Positions 10,324 to 19,453 of a stretch of 55,868 bases of DNA are shown in pieces; within the stretch, counting starts at the first letter, position 1; the number at the start of each line of letters is the position of its first letter. This DNA is from a virus (lineage: Duplodnaviria; Heunggongvirae; Uroviricota; Caudoviricetes), in IMG/VR virus record IMGVR_UViG_2645727563_000002, positions 1 to 55,868 of that record. One strand, written 5' to 3'. Below the pieces are notes generated by a model. That model was given only the letters and a program-made list of their open reading frames with translations. It did not search any database and was not told the origin of the DNA. Both the position numbers and the translations under genes were made by a program.

Positions 10324-10657
10324 GAAGTGGGAAGCCTCGCCCGACAGGGCGGGGAGCAGTCACATATTCGATATGAGCCAAAACCTTATCAAGACACTCT
10401 CGTGTAAACCATTCAGTATGCCCGCCACCGACGCTTTTCTCCCACGGCGCATTCCAGGGGAAAAAGGTTGCGTGTAAAGCCCGCTCAAGATTAACCATTG
10501 CCAAACGTGTACCACGATAGACCCGTGAAAGCGCAAAATCGGGACTCACTTGTAGCCCTTTAAACCGTGCCAATGGACCACATGAAATGCCGATTTTAAA
10601 AGTATCTCCGTTCTCTGGCACCAGAACGTAGAGGTAGTGTTGTTTCTCTTCTTGCAT
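10301..10657 (-). CDS. T5orf172/GIY-YIG-like N-terminal domain ORF whose 3' end runs into the IS right end
   Basis: N-terminus YLYVLVPENGDTFKIGIS...GGGHTEWF resembles the T5orf172 domain; the last about 20 codons are encoded by the IS hairpin region. Confidence 0.3.
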   Translation of the reverse strand: MQEEKQHYLYVLVPENGDTFKIGISCGPLARFKGLQVSPDFALSRVYRGTRLAMVNLERALHATFFPWNAPWEKSVGGGHTEWFTRECLDKVLAHIEYVTAPRPVGRGFPLLKPQPSV

Positions 10658-10675
10658 ATCAATACCACTGCTTGA

Positions 10676-10960
10676 TGAGAACCGCGCAAATGTTGACTAT
10701 GCGCGAAGGTTAATGTGAATAGTTGACTATGCGCGATGTGACTACAGTCAAAAGTTGACTGTAGTCGATTTAACTCCACCAAAAATCGACTATGTAAGAT
10801 ATTGTCGGGAGAAACGTTGACTATACGCGATGAAATGACCCTAAAAGCCATCTCAATAGCAGCTTGCAGAATATTGACGCCAGCAAAAATCCACCAGCGT
10901 CAACGAATGTCGCCTATAGTCAACTTCTCGCTATCGCATATAGTCAATATTATGGATTGC
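10676..10960. repeat. incA-like RepA iteron array (both orientations)
   Basis: About 7 copies of TTGACTATGCGCGA-like repeats (ttgactatgcgcga, ttgactgtagtcga, tcgactatgtaaga, ttgactatacgcga, and inverted copies) downstream of repA. Confidence 0.5.
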
Positions 10961-11834
10961 GCTTATGGATCTGGAAGCCGATTTTCCTGCCGTTTTTTAT
11001 CTCTGAAAATTTAAGATATTCAATAGCTTCCAAATCTTTCATGGCTTTTCTGATAACGCTATTTTGCACGCTAACGGATGATTTGAGATTAAGCCTTGCT
11101 CTAAGGCGCTCAATGCTGACAGGTGCCGGGTTGGCAGGTAGAGCCTCAAAGAATGTATACAGTACCTTGGCCGTCTCTTTGCGCCCGAGCTTATCCAGCA
11201 TCTTCAGCTTCAGGATTCGCTTATAGTCAACATAGTAAAGTTCAGATAGCTGTTTCTGCGGCTGGATCTCGATAACATCAAGCTCGGTATTCAGGCTGCT
11301 ATATGCCAACAAGTTGACGTTAATGTTATTGAGATGACCTTTTGCCGCCGGGAAGCGGAATTTGACAACTGTCTGCTGAATGCGTGTCAGAGAGTCATCA
11401 ATACTTTTACGGAACGCCTTTGAAAGACGCTTACGTGGATAGCCGCATCGATCGGCAAACTCGGAGAATGGCAGGGTGATTATACCGTCATCATCAGGTG
11501 CATAGTCAAACAACGCGGAGGTTATGCCCAACCACACCTTAAAATCAGTATCCATATCCAGGCGTGGACCATGAATTTCAATTCCCTCATAGCCTTCCTG
11601 CTCAACAATTTTGAGGCTTGATAGTTCTTCAGTTGCGTTCGTTGTGTTTGTTGTAACTGACGATCCGCGACGTAGCGCCACATTGGTAGATTTTAAGGTT
11701 GGCACAAACACACCTAAACGCAACAAAGCGATGGGTTGTATAGTGCTGTTGTTATTGGGCTTCAGGCTGTGGATTTCTCCTGTATTTCCTGCAACTTCTT
11801 CAACGCTAAGGAAGCCTTTACTTTCTTCCGGCAT
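10950..11834 (-). CDS. repA: replication initiator RepA (P1 RepA family, about 294 aa)
   Basis: GPRLDMDTDFKVWLGI matches the conserved block of P1 RepA; ATG at 11834 preceded by GGAG. Confidence 0.8.
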   Translation of the reverse strand: MPEESKGFLSVEEVAGNTGEIHSLKPNNNSTIQPIALLRLGVFVPTLKSTNVALRRGSSVTTNTTNATEELSSLKIVEQEGYEGIEIHGPRLDMDTDFKVWLGITSALFDYAPDDDGIITLPFSEFADRCGYPRKRLSKAFRKSIDDSLTRIQQTVVKFRFPAAKGHLNNINVNLLAYSSLNTELDVIEIQPQKQLSELYYVDYKRILKLKMLDKLGRKETAKVLYTFFEALPANPAPVSIERLRARLNLKSSVSVQNSVIRKAMKDLEAIEYLKFSEIKNGRKIGFQIHKRNP

Positions 11835-11904
11835 CGTGGTTTCTCCATGTGTGGCGCGGCCTGACGTCAATTTGGATGGCTGTTATCAACAGCTGTGAAT
11901 ATTC

Positions 11905-12020
11905 AGACTCTAAAATCGCGTACAGTCAATGTTTCTGTCGCGTATAGTCAACAATAAATCGCGTGCAGTCAACAATAAATCGTGCACAGTCAACATAAAA
12001 TCGCGTATAGTCAATGTTGA
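11905..12020. repeat. five direct RepA iterons (incC-like) in the origin
   Basis: tcgcgtacagtcaa / tcgcgtatagtcaac / tcgcgtgcagtcaac / tcgtgcacagtcaac / tcgcgtatagtcaat at about 21-22 bp spacing, upstream of repA. Confidence 0.6.
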
Positions 12021-12039
12021 TCCCATTTCAGGCCAGAAA

Positions 12040-12130
12040 TGACGCGGCTTACAGCGATCCGGGATCTTCTTTGGATCTTACTAGGTTCTCTTTGGGATCT
12101 GTTTATTGGATCTATGCTGTGGATAAGTTG
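12040..12130. other. oriR-like origin core: GATC cluster plus DnaA box
   Basis: Five GATC sites within about 55 bp (ggatcttctttggatctt...gggatctg...ggatcta) followed by tgtggataa (DnaA box). Confidence 0.5.
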
Positions 12131-12168
12131 AATAAACCGGCCAACATAGCCGGTTGGAAGGAAGGGTA

Positions 12169-12561
12169 TTATTCTACGCTTTCGATAAGAAGACCATGTT
12201 CATAACATTTAAGCTCATCGCCTTCGTACAGGAATTGGTATCCAATACCACCATTTTCATGGACATTAGGGAATAACTCATAACTCACTGAAGAGCAAAT
12301 CACACCAATGCAGCGATCAACGCCTTCTCGTTCTTCAGTGCTGAAAAAATCCTCTTCGGTAAGAACATGAGTACATTGCTCATCAGCATAGGTCGGAAAT
12401 ACATGCTCGATGCAATCCGGGTGTTTTAAACCAAGCTGATCGGCAAGCTCGAAAGCATGACGGTATTGTTCAGATCCTGGCTTGCCAACAGTGATGTGCT
12501 CAATTTTGTAGATTGAAGTCGCTTTGTTGATAGTTTGCTTTACTGTTACTTTATCAGACAT
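12169..12561 (-). CDS. hypothetical protein (130 aa)
   Basis: Intact ORF downstream of the spanin-like pair; no motif recognised. Confidence 0.45.
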   Translation of the reverse strand: MSDKVTVKQTINKATSIYKIEHITVGKPGSEQYRHAFELADQLGLKHPDCIEHVFPTYADEQCTHVLTEEDFFSTEEREGVDRCIGVICSSVSYELFPNVHENGGIGYQFLYEGDELKCYEHGLLIESVE

Positions 12562-12572
12562 AAAAATCCCTT

Positions 12573-12824
12573 TTAGTTACCGCTGATAGCGCGGTTGTAA
12601 TCATTAACGTTGCGATTCTTCCTGTTAATCCCCATCAGCATCGTTTCTGTATCGAGGATATACGCTGGCAGATCATCAAAATATTCACTGCTAAACTCTG
12701 GCATTCTGCACATAAATGCACTTTTGGGGGCAGGGTGGTTAACCTTTGTCGGCGTCGGCGTTAAATTCGCTGATCGACTCCCGGAGCAACCGCTGAGTGT
12801 CAGCAGGAATGCGCTGGCGAACAT
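12573..12824 (-). CDS. candidate o-spanin-like outer-membrane lipoprotein (Rz1-like)
   Basis: Lipobox LTLSGC after a hydrophobic signal, Pro-rich mature region (LTPTPTKVNHPAP); start lies inside the upstream gene in another frame; start uncertain (track ORF begins at 12905). Confidence 0.4.
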   Translation of the reverse strand: MFASAFLLTLSGCSGSRSANLTPTPTKVNHPAPKSAFMCRMPEFSSEYFDDLPAYILDTETMLMGINRKNRNVNDYNRAISGN

Positions 12825-13161
12825 TACCCGCCGCAACCAGTTGTTTCTGAACTTCAGCTTTTCGTTCCATTTGCCTGTCAGCATATTTGGCTTGTTCTGA
12901 TTCATTTTTCACTTCCTGGCTGTGAAAATGTTGCTCTGCTTTGTTCATCGTCTCAATGGTCTGGTTAAGATCCATTATTGACTTATCACGTTCCTTAACA
13001 GCCTGATCAAGACTGCCAATTTTCTCGATGGCTTGCTTTAGCTGATGACGTTCCCATGCAAACCCAGCACCAACAAGTGCGCAAATCAGAACAAGAACAC
13101 CAGTAGCAGCAAGTTTCTCCTTCAAAGACAAAGCTGTTTTTAACGTAGAAAAGAATGACAT
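12739..13161 (-). CDS. candidate i-spanin-like protein (N-terminal TM + coiled coil, about 140 aa)
   Basis: ATG at 13161 with AGGAGG RBS; TM segment ATGVLVLICALVGAGFAW then charged coiled-coil region. Confidence 0.4.
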   Translation of the reverse strand: MSFFSTLKTALSLKEKLAATGVLVLICALVGAGFAWERHQLKQAIEKIGSLDQAVKERDKSIMDLNQTIETMNKAEQHFHSQEVKNESEQAKYADRQMERKAEVQKQLVAAGNVRQRIPADTQRLLRESISEFNADADKG

Positions 13162-13200
13162 GTCTTCCTCCTGAAGAAAAATTATCAATGAAGTCCTTTG

Positions 13201-13989
13201 TTACTGTGCCGCTTTGTTTAATTCATCAAGAACAGAATCAGGAACCAAAGCGGCAACTGCGCTGGCTGTGCTGGCCTTATTTGCTGATGCTTCCGCAAGC
13301 GCGGTACCGATAGCATGGTTATAAGCAGTTATGGCTACGTTGGCGCTTTCATTCGCTCGTTCATACTGCTGTTGTAACGCAGTTGTGGGCGCTGTTGTCT
13401 GGTTGAAAACAACCCCAAACTGTTCAGTTGCTACTTTCAGAGATTCAATTTGCTCTTCTGTTAGTGCTGGTGGGGGAGTGGCAGTGCCGCCGCCTGAACC
13501 AGAGCCTGGCGAGCTTCCTGAGCCAGTGTTAAGGGTCTGGTTAATCTCCCCCATTGCAGCGACTAAACTTGATGTATTAAGCGCGTTAACAGCGTCCTCA
13601 AGCGATTTAGTAATATTCACATCACCAATGGCAATAGAGATCGGCAGTTCTGAAACTTCTCGCTCATTAGCACGGCAGTAAACATCCCAACCAATATCGA
13701 GTTGAAGCAGCATTGACAGATCTGCATAACCAGCCAACAGGTCCGCGTGCTTAGTTGCCAGTTCTCCAATGTTCGTTAAGCCGGTTGTGGTTGTTCTGAT
13801 CGTTGAAACATAGCTGGTAATAGTGTCGGGATAGACAATTGTATCCAGAATTAATCCGGTCAATTCTTCTGCAAGCAGTTTTGCTGTGTTAGCACTGTTT
13901 CGTGCCGATGTTATGGCACCAGGTGTTTTCATCCCACCGGCGGCGGCCAATTTTTTATATGCGGATAACTGGTAGTCTTTTTCCAGCAT
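13201..13989 (-). CDS. hypothetical protein (about 262 aa), Thr/Ser/Gly-rich
   Basis: ATG at 13989 preceded by AGGAG; low-complexity SGSSPGSGSGGG linker. Confidence 0.45.
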   Translation of the reverse strand: MLEKDYQLSAYKKLAAAGGMKTPGAITSARNSANTAKLLAEELTGLILDTIVYPDTITSYVSTIRTTTTGLTNIGELATKHADLLAGYADLSMLLQLDIGWDVYCRANEREVSELPISIAIGDVNITKSLEDAVNALNTSSLVAAMGEINQTLNTGSGSSPGSGSGGGTATPPPALTEEQIESLKVATEQFGVVFNQTTAPTTALQQQYERANESANVAITAYNHAIGTALAEASANKASTASAVAALVPDSVLDELNKAAQ

Positions 13990-13997
13990 GATATCTC

Positions 13998-14282
13998 CTA
14001 ACTTACCTGAACCAGGCCGTCTCCGGACGCTACGGTAGATCCGCATGAAACAGGGTCACCAACGCATACGACCCCTTTACCATTGACGGTAAACCATGTC
14101 CTGGTTGATATAGCTTGCCCACCGTGCGTACTGTTTCCATCGGTATGCTGTGCATATTGCTTACCATCAACTAACACTTCGACTCCGTTGACTTTAAGTA
14201 GTGGTTCACTCTCTACAGGAGGCCTGGATGGGAATCCTCTGTGCCCCGAACAAATGCTGTCTTTTGTTGCAATACTTGCCAC
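13998..14282 (-). CDS. PAAR-like spike-tip domain protein (94 aa)
   Basis: Repeated PAAR-type segments: CSGHRGF...VNGVEVLVDGK and THGGQAIS...VNGKGVVCVGDPVSCGSTVASG. Confidence 0.4.
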   Translation of the reverse strand: MASIATKDSICSGHRGFPSRPPVESEPLLKVNGVEVLVDGKQYAQHTDGNSTHGGQAISTRTWFTVNGKGVVCVGDPVSCGSTVASGDGLVQVS

Positions 14283-14363
14283 GTCATCACCAATGATTTG
14301 CTCTGATTTTCGTTATTTTAACTTAGGTTATTTGTGGTATGTATGGCGTTTACTTATTGCAAA

Positions 14364-14380
14364 ATTGCTCTAATAAATAT
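14364..14380 (+). promoter_or_regulatory. C1 repressor operator
   Basis: attgctctaataaatat, 16/17 to the P1 operator consensus ATTGCTCTAATAAATTT; upstream of uhr-hrdC-dmt. Confidence 0.6.
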
Positions 14381-14451
14381 TGTTTTTTATGTCGTGTTTT
14401 CGGTACCATTCAGCCATCGCCCTTCAATGGGCATTTGTTTGGAGTCGTCAG

Positions 14452-14736
14452 ATGCAGATGGAGCTAATAAGCCGCAAAGAGTTCGATAGCCGTGTAACCA
14501 GCGGTGAACTCGACAACTTGCAGGCTATCAAGGTGAAAGAAGGCTTTTGCCTCATTGGGAATCAGAGCGGAACAAATCGCGTTTTTATGCTTCGCCGTAC
14601 GGATTTGAAGCCATTTGTCTGGAAGAACGAAATTGGTCCCAGCTCATACGCTCAAACGAGGGGGTGCCACAACCTGGCCTTTTTCTACAAAGACGAGCTT
14701 TCTGTGGTTGATATTCAAGGGTTACAACATGTTTAA
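14452..14736 (+). CDS. uhr: Uhr-like small protein upstream of hrdC (94 aa)
   Basis: ATG at 14452 after GGAG; overlaps the hrdC start. Confidence 0.45.
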   Translation: MQMELISRKEFDSRVTSGELDNLQAIKVKEGFCLIGNQSGTNRVFMLRRTDLKPFVWKNEIGPSSYAQTRGCHNLAFFYKDELSVVDIQGLQHV

Positions 14737-15634
14737 GCACTGGAAAAACATTACTATTTATAAACTTTCTCGTGAGGCGGATCTGACCGACTTAGAAGAT
14801 AAAAAGAAAATGATCCTTTTCACGCCATGCGGTAGTCAGGATATGGCCAAGTTCGGTTTTGTATCTCCATTTGGTGATAATTCCGAAGTTATCGCTATGC
14901 ATGGAAATGGTTTTATCCTTGTTGAAGCAAAGCGCGAAACAAAAATTCTTCCCCCGCCGGTTATCCAGCGAGCTATTCAAGAAAAAATTGAAAAACTTGA
15001 GCAAGAACAAGCGCGTAAACTGAAGAAAACAGAGAAGGACTCCCTGAAAGACGAAGTTCTGCATTCTCTTCTGCCACGGGCTTTTTCAAAGTTTTCTGTT
15101 ATCCAGGCGATCTACGACGGTTCAACTAAACGTATCTATATCAATGCCAGCGCGCGGCAGGCAGAGGATATGCTCGCGCTTATGCGTAAGTCTCTGGGTT
15201 CTCTTCCTGTTGTTCCCCTGAGTGTTGAAAATTCCATTGAATTAACGCTGACCGACTGGGTACGTGATGGTAGTGCTCCACAGGGATTTCAAATGGGGGA
15301 TGCGGCAGAACTTAAGGCAGTGCTTGAGGATGGCGGTATTGCCCGAGTGAAAAAGCAGGATTTGGGAAGCGATGAAATTTCCACACACCTGGAAGCTGGC
15401 AAGCTCGTCACTAAGTTGGCACTCGACTGGCAGAACCGCATTAAATTTACACTGGACCATAACTTCAGCCTTACCAGCGTCAAATTTGCGGATGAATTGC
15501 TTGATCAGAACTCTGATATTGATAGTGAAGATGTAGCGCAGCGACTGGACGCAGATTTCTTCCTGTTGACCAGTGAAATTTCGTGCCTGGTTGATGCTCT
15601 GGTAAATGCCCTTGGTGGAGAGGCTAAGCAGTGA
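14729..15634 (+). CDS. hrdC: RdgC homolog HrdC (302 aa)
   Basis: Near-colinear match to E. coli RdgC ([11 protein letters not shown]..., [24 protein letters not shown]..., GSLPVVPLS). Confidence 0.8.
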   Translation: MFKHWKNITIYKLSREADLTDLEDKKKMILFTPCGSQDMAKFGFVSPFGDNSEVIAMHGNGFILVEAKRETKILPPPVIQRAIQEKIEKLEQEQARKLKKTEKDSLKDEVLHSLLPRAFSKFSVIQAIYDGSTKRIYINASARQAEDMLALMRKSLGSLPVVPLSVENSIELTLTDWVRDGSAPQGFQMGDAAELKAVLEDGGIARVKKQDLGSDEISTHLEAGKLVTKLALDWQNRIKFTLDHNFSLTSVKFADELLDQNSDIDSEDVAQRLDADFFLLTSEISCLVDALVNALGGEAKQ

Positions 15635-17895
15635 AAGAGCTGTGCTATGGATCTGTTTGCAGTGGAATTGAAGCCGCGAGTATTGCCTGGGAACCGTTGG
15701 GTATGCGTCCGGCGTGGTTTGCTGAAATCGAGCCTTTTCCATCTGCCGTTCTTGCGCACCGCTGGCCCCATGTCGCCAACCTTGGCGACATGACAAAACT
15801 TGCCAAAAAAGTCCTGGCTGGGGAAATCGAATCCCCTGATGTGCTCGTCGGGGGAACACCTTGTCAGGCATTCAGTATCGCTGGATTACGTGGTGGGCTT
15901 GATGATGAGCGTGGCGCGCTAACTTTAAAGTATGTGGAGCTTGCAAATGCAATTGACGACAAACGGGCTGAGTCATTTCTCAAACCGACAGTTATCGTCT
16001 GGGAAAATGTCCCAGGAGTCCTGTCATCGGCAGATAACGCCTTCGGATGTTTCCTTGCCGGATTGGCTGGAGAAGATGCGCCATTTGAACCAGGTGATCG
16101 ACCTGAATCAGGAAAAAGTAACGCGTTCTGGCGGTGGGATGGCAAAACCGGTTGCCATGCTCCAAAGTGGCCGCAGTGTGGTTGTATTTATGGACCGCAG
16201 CGAAAGGTGGCCTGGAGAATCCTTGATGCCCAATACTTCGGAGTGGCACAACGACGCCGACGCGTGTTTGTTGTCGCAAGTGCTCGAACAGACCTCGATC
16301 CCGCAACGGTACTTTTTGAGTTCGAAGGCGTGCGCCGGAATATTGCGCCGAGCCGAAAAAAGAAGGAAATCGCTTCCGCCATTATTGCAAATGGCGCTGC
16401 AATCAGTGGCGAAAGCCTAAATCCATGCCTACACGCTGACATGCCACCCGGTATGAAATCGACGAAAGCCGTAAACGCTTTCAGGATGGCAGCATTTGGG
16501 GAATATATTGACGATGAAACCGCATCGACAGTAAAGGCAAGAGATTTTAAAGATGCCACTGACCTTGCCGTTTTTAGCAGCACAGGAGCAGGTTTTTGGT
16601 CAGAAGGGCATGGTACATTGCGGGCACGTGAGCAAGAAAGCCATGAGCATCTTGTTACATTGGCTTTTCCTGAGCGTATGAGCGGTACACAACATGCTGC
16701 AACTAAGAATACTTCACCATCTCTAATGGCTAAAAATCCAACAGCTGTTTGCTATGAAGTAAGAAACGCAGAAGTAGCTGTCCGCCGTCTTACCCCTGTC
16801 GAATGTGAAAGGCTGCAAGGTTTTCCTGATGGGCATACGTTGATCCCGACGGAAAAGCGTAAAAAAGTTAATTCAGATGAACTGGCATATCTTCGCAATC
16901 ACTATCCAGATTTAAGCGAAGAAGAGGCCGCGATGCTTGCAGCTGACGGACCGCGTTACAAAGCGATCGGCAATAGTATGGCAATACCAGTAATGCGCTG
17001 GATTGGCGATCGGATTACTAAGGCCGTATGTCGGCAGAAAGAAGGAAGTGAAACAAAAGAGCGAAAAGTTAAACCAGCGGCAGAATTCGAACGGTCCATA
17101 TTCAAATGGGCTGGTGGAAAATTTGGCGTTCTGGAACAAATCTTTCGCTATTTGCCAGAAGGGAAGCGCCTGATTGAACCTTTCGTTGGTGGCGGAGCTG
17201 TCTTCATGAATGCCGGATACCAGGAAAATCTGCTAAATGATGTGAATGCTGACCTGATTAACTTTTACAAGACTCTGCAACGCGAGGCGCATTCACTTAT
17301 CACTCTGGCACATCGTTTCTTCCAGGACTACAACACACAGGAAGGATACCTGGCAGTACGGAATGCGTTTAACAAACAAGTCTATGATGATTTACATCGC
17401 GCAGCGGCGTTTTTGTTCCTGAACCGACATTGTTTTAACGGATTGACGCGTTACAACCAGGCCGGTGAGTTCAATGTCGGTTATGGGAAGTATAAAACTC
17501 CGTATTTCCCATTACAGGAGATGGAAGCCTTCCTCGGTGCGGAAGGGCGGTCTGAGTTTGTATGCGGTGATTTTGCAGCGGTGATTGAAGCTGCCGGAGA
17601 AGGAGATGTCATCTTTTGCGATCCGCCGTATGAACCGCTTCCAAATACAGAGGGATTCACGAACTATTCCGGCCATGACTTTAAGTTTGAAGAGCAAAAA
17701 CGCCTGGTGTCTCTGTTGACGGATGCTCATCGTCGAGGTGCAAAGGTTCTCATTACTAACAGTGGCGCGCCAAACATCAGAGAGCTTTATCATGACAGTG
17801 GCTTCAGAGTGGAACCTCTTTTTGCCAGACGTTCTGTGTCTTGTAAGGGGGACACTCGAGGTGTAGCTCATGACGTTTTGGGTGTATTGCTCTAA
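15631..17895 (+). CDS. dmt: bifunctional DNA methyltransferase Dmt (N-terminal C5-cytosine MTase + C-terminal Dam-like N6-adenine MTase, 754 aa)
   Basis: C5-MTase motifs ([29 protein letters not shown]) then Dam motifs ([15 protein letters not shown]); 754 aa as P1 Dmt. Confidence 0.85.
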   Translation: MKELCYGSVCSGIEAASIAWEPLGMRPAWFAEIEPFPSAVLAHRWPHVANLGDMTKLAKKVLAGEIESPDVLVGGTPCQAFSIAGLRGGLDDERGALTLKYVELANAIDDKRAESFLKPTVIVWENVPGVLSSADNAFGCFLAGLAGEDAPFEPGDRPESGKSNAFWRWDGKTGCHAPKWPQCGCIYGPQRKVAWRILDAQYFGVAQRRRRVFVVASARTDLDPATVLFEFEGVRRNIAPSRKKKEIASAIIANGAAISGESLNPCLHADMPPGMKSTKAVNAFRMAAFGEYIDDETASTVKARDFKDATDLAVFSSTGAGFWSEGHGTLRAREQESHEHLVTLAFPERMSGTQHAATKNTSPSLMAKNPTAVCYEVRNAEVAVRRLTPVECERLQGFPDGHTLIPTEKRKKVNSDELAYLRNHYPDLSEEEAAMLAADGPRYKAIGNSMAIPVMRWIGDRITKAVCRQKEGSETKERKVKPAAEFERSIFKWAGGKFGVLEQIFRYLPEGKRLIEPFVGGGAVFMNAGYQENLLNDVNADLINFYKTLQREAHSLITLAHRFFQDYNTQEGYLAVRNAFNKQVYDDLHRAAAFLFLNRHCFNGLTRYNQAGEFNVGYGKYKTPYFPLQEMEAFLGAEGRSEFVCGDFAAVIEAAGEGDVIFCDPPYEPLPNTEGFTNYSGHDFKFEEQKRLVSLLTDAHRRGAKVLITNSGAPNIRELYHDSGFRVEPLFARRSVSCKGDTRGVAHDVLGVLL

Positions 17896-17902
17896 TAAAT
17901 TT
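17886..17902 (+). promoter_or_regulatory. C1 repressor operator overlapping the dmt stop codon
   Basis: attgctctaataaattt, 17/17 to consensus; followed by an inverted partial copy (ttattagtg). Confidence 0.6.
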
Positions 17903-18071
17903 ATTAGTGTAATATCGCCTCAATGAATCGTGATTTATAGAGCGATTTAGCTGTTAGCCGCGACAGGCGCGGCGGTAAGCATGGCTGGGCCTAGTCCTCC
18001 CAGACAAACCACCGAGTTGCCAGGTTGACCATGCGCCTAAGTGGCAACGCCGAAGTGCGTTACGAGCTTCC

Positions 18072-18100
18072 AGTTTGCCCATCTTCGGGTGGGCGTTTTT
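18072..18100 (+). terminator. rho-independent terminator downstream of dmt
   Basis: gccca-tcttcggg-tgggc hairpin followed by T7. Confidence 0.55.
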
Positions 18101-18568
18101 TTCAGGGTTTTCGTCATGGTTAGCGACTTTGCGGCGGTTTATAAACTGACCATTAAAGTAAATGCAAACGATGATCTGATGATGGTAGCGGCCTAAGAAA
18201 CCAGATGCCACGGGGTATGAGTCGTCCCCCGTCAAAAAAATCGACCGCAGAGTGTCCCCGTCTGTGTATTAGGGAACGGGGAGGCACAACAGGTAAGGGC
18301 GCTGGTGTGATTAACCAGATGAACGAGAAGGGGCCATCTGTTGGTCAGCGTCCTTTCCTGTTGCGTTTTCTTTTCAGCGTAACAGCGGTGCTTAACAGCA
18401 CTTTGGGTACAGTTCCACGAATTTACGGGTATATCCCGTCATGCTGAAGGCGCTAATCACGCTGGAAGCCAGGGTTGTGCATCCCCTGTTACCGAATTGC
18501 AGCCAGGGCGCGGTGCGCCGAAAAGCATACGGAGGTGGAAGCCCTCGCCGGAGACGTACCCGGCAGGT

Positions 18569-18644
18569 GATGGTGTAGCTCAGCGGTTAGAGCGGTTGAC
18601 TGTTAATCAACGGGTCGATGGTTCAAATCCATCCACCATCGCCA
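18569..18644 (+). tRNA. trnA: tRNA-Asn (GUU)
   Basis: Cloverleaf with acceptor gatggtg/caccatc, anticodon loop ctGTTaa, T-loop ttcaaat, encoded CCA. Confidence 0.85.
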
Positions 18645-18646
18645 AT

Positions 18647-18722
18647 GCCGGTTTAGCTCAGTTGGTAGAGCGCCTGCCTTGTAAGCAGGATGTCAGCGGT
18701 TCGAGTCCGTTAATCGGCACCA
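18647..18722 (+). tRNA. trnT: tRNA-Thr (UGU)
   Basis: Cloverleaf with anticodon loop ctTGTaa, T-loop ttcgagt, encoded CCA; starts 2 nt after tRNA-Asn. Confidence 0.85.
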
Positions 18723-18726
18723 GCAC

Positions 18727-18800
18727 AACAGGTAAGGGTATTTTGCGACGTCGGAGATCGCCGAGCTTGGCAGAGGGTTCGAATCCCTACGAAGTACCCT
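18727..18800 (+). ncRNA. tRNA-like element / possible degenerate tRNA
   Basis: 74 nt with 8-bp terminal helix ggtaaggg/cccttacc and canonical T-arm aggg-ttcgaat-ccct, but no standard D or anticodon arm. Confidence 0.3.
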
Positions 18801-19453
18801 TACCGTTGTGATGAAGTGCAGCTCTTTGAAGCAACCAGAAGATAAGCATCTGGCTTCACAACATAAACCGCAGGAACGACCAATAAACGGTAGTCCGTAT
18901 GGAGAACACCCCGTTGAGGAAGAGGCCTGGCCGGAACCGTAACCGGCACTACAACGTTGAGAACACTGGCGTAACGGGGTCATATCCCAATCTACGAATA
19001 AATGTTGCGTTGCAGCGTGACAACCAGTGTTCTCAACATTGTGGTGAATGCACAGGCTGATGTGCCGCAACTACAGTAGTGCGCGCTTTGCGGGGCTTGC
19101 TACAACCCTGTGTCGGAGTTCAGCACCGACCATCACAGTTTGATTCTCTGGCATGAGCATAACGCTGAAATAAGTCCAGTCTGGTGCGGCCCGATCACCC
19201 GCCGTTAGCTCCACGAAACGGAGCACGTAACAGGTAAGAGCATTCTCCTGTAACGGGTTCATATCCCAATCTACAGGTCCACCAAGAATGCTCTTTCCGT
19301 TGCGGTGAATGCGGCTAAGCGCACGCGGGGAAATGGTTATATCTGTCCATTATTTCTCCTTGTTTCCACGTCCACGGTGGATAACCAGCCAAAGGACACC
19401 GGGAGGCACCCGGCACCGCAACCTTATTTCCCAACCAGTAATGAGGTTAATAA

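Larger units (their letters stand above)
8596..10375 (+). mobile_element. IS200/IS605-family insertion sequence (IS605-like, divergent tnpA/tnpB)
   Basis: Y1 transposase and TnpB genes back to back; matching subterminal hairpins cgccc-N-gggcg at about 8620-8636 and 10335-10352; boundaries approximate. Confidence 0.6.

Noticed and set aside
10676-12020. Possible CRISPR array from repeated 14-15-bp units
   Set aside because: Repeats are degenerate, irregularly spaced, in both orientations and flank repA; they are replication iterons
12014-12205. 63-aa ORF
   Set aside because: Lies inside the GATC/DnaA-box origin region, no RBS
15864-16583. Several minus-strand ORFs (93-131 aa) inside dmt
   Set aside because: Antisense shadow ORFs within a well-supported methyltransferase gene; no RBS or motifs
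18497-18811. 104-aa ORF across the tRNA cluster
   Set aside because: It is the translation of tRNA-Asn and tRNA-Thr sequences; the region is RNA-coding
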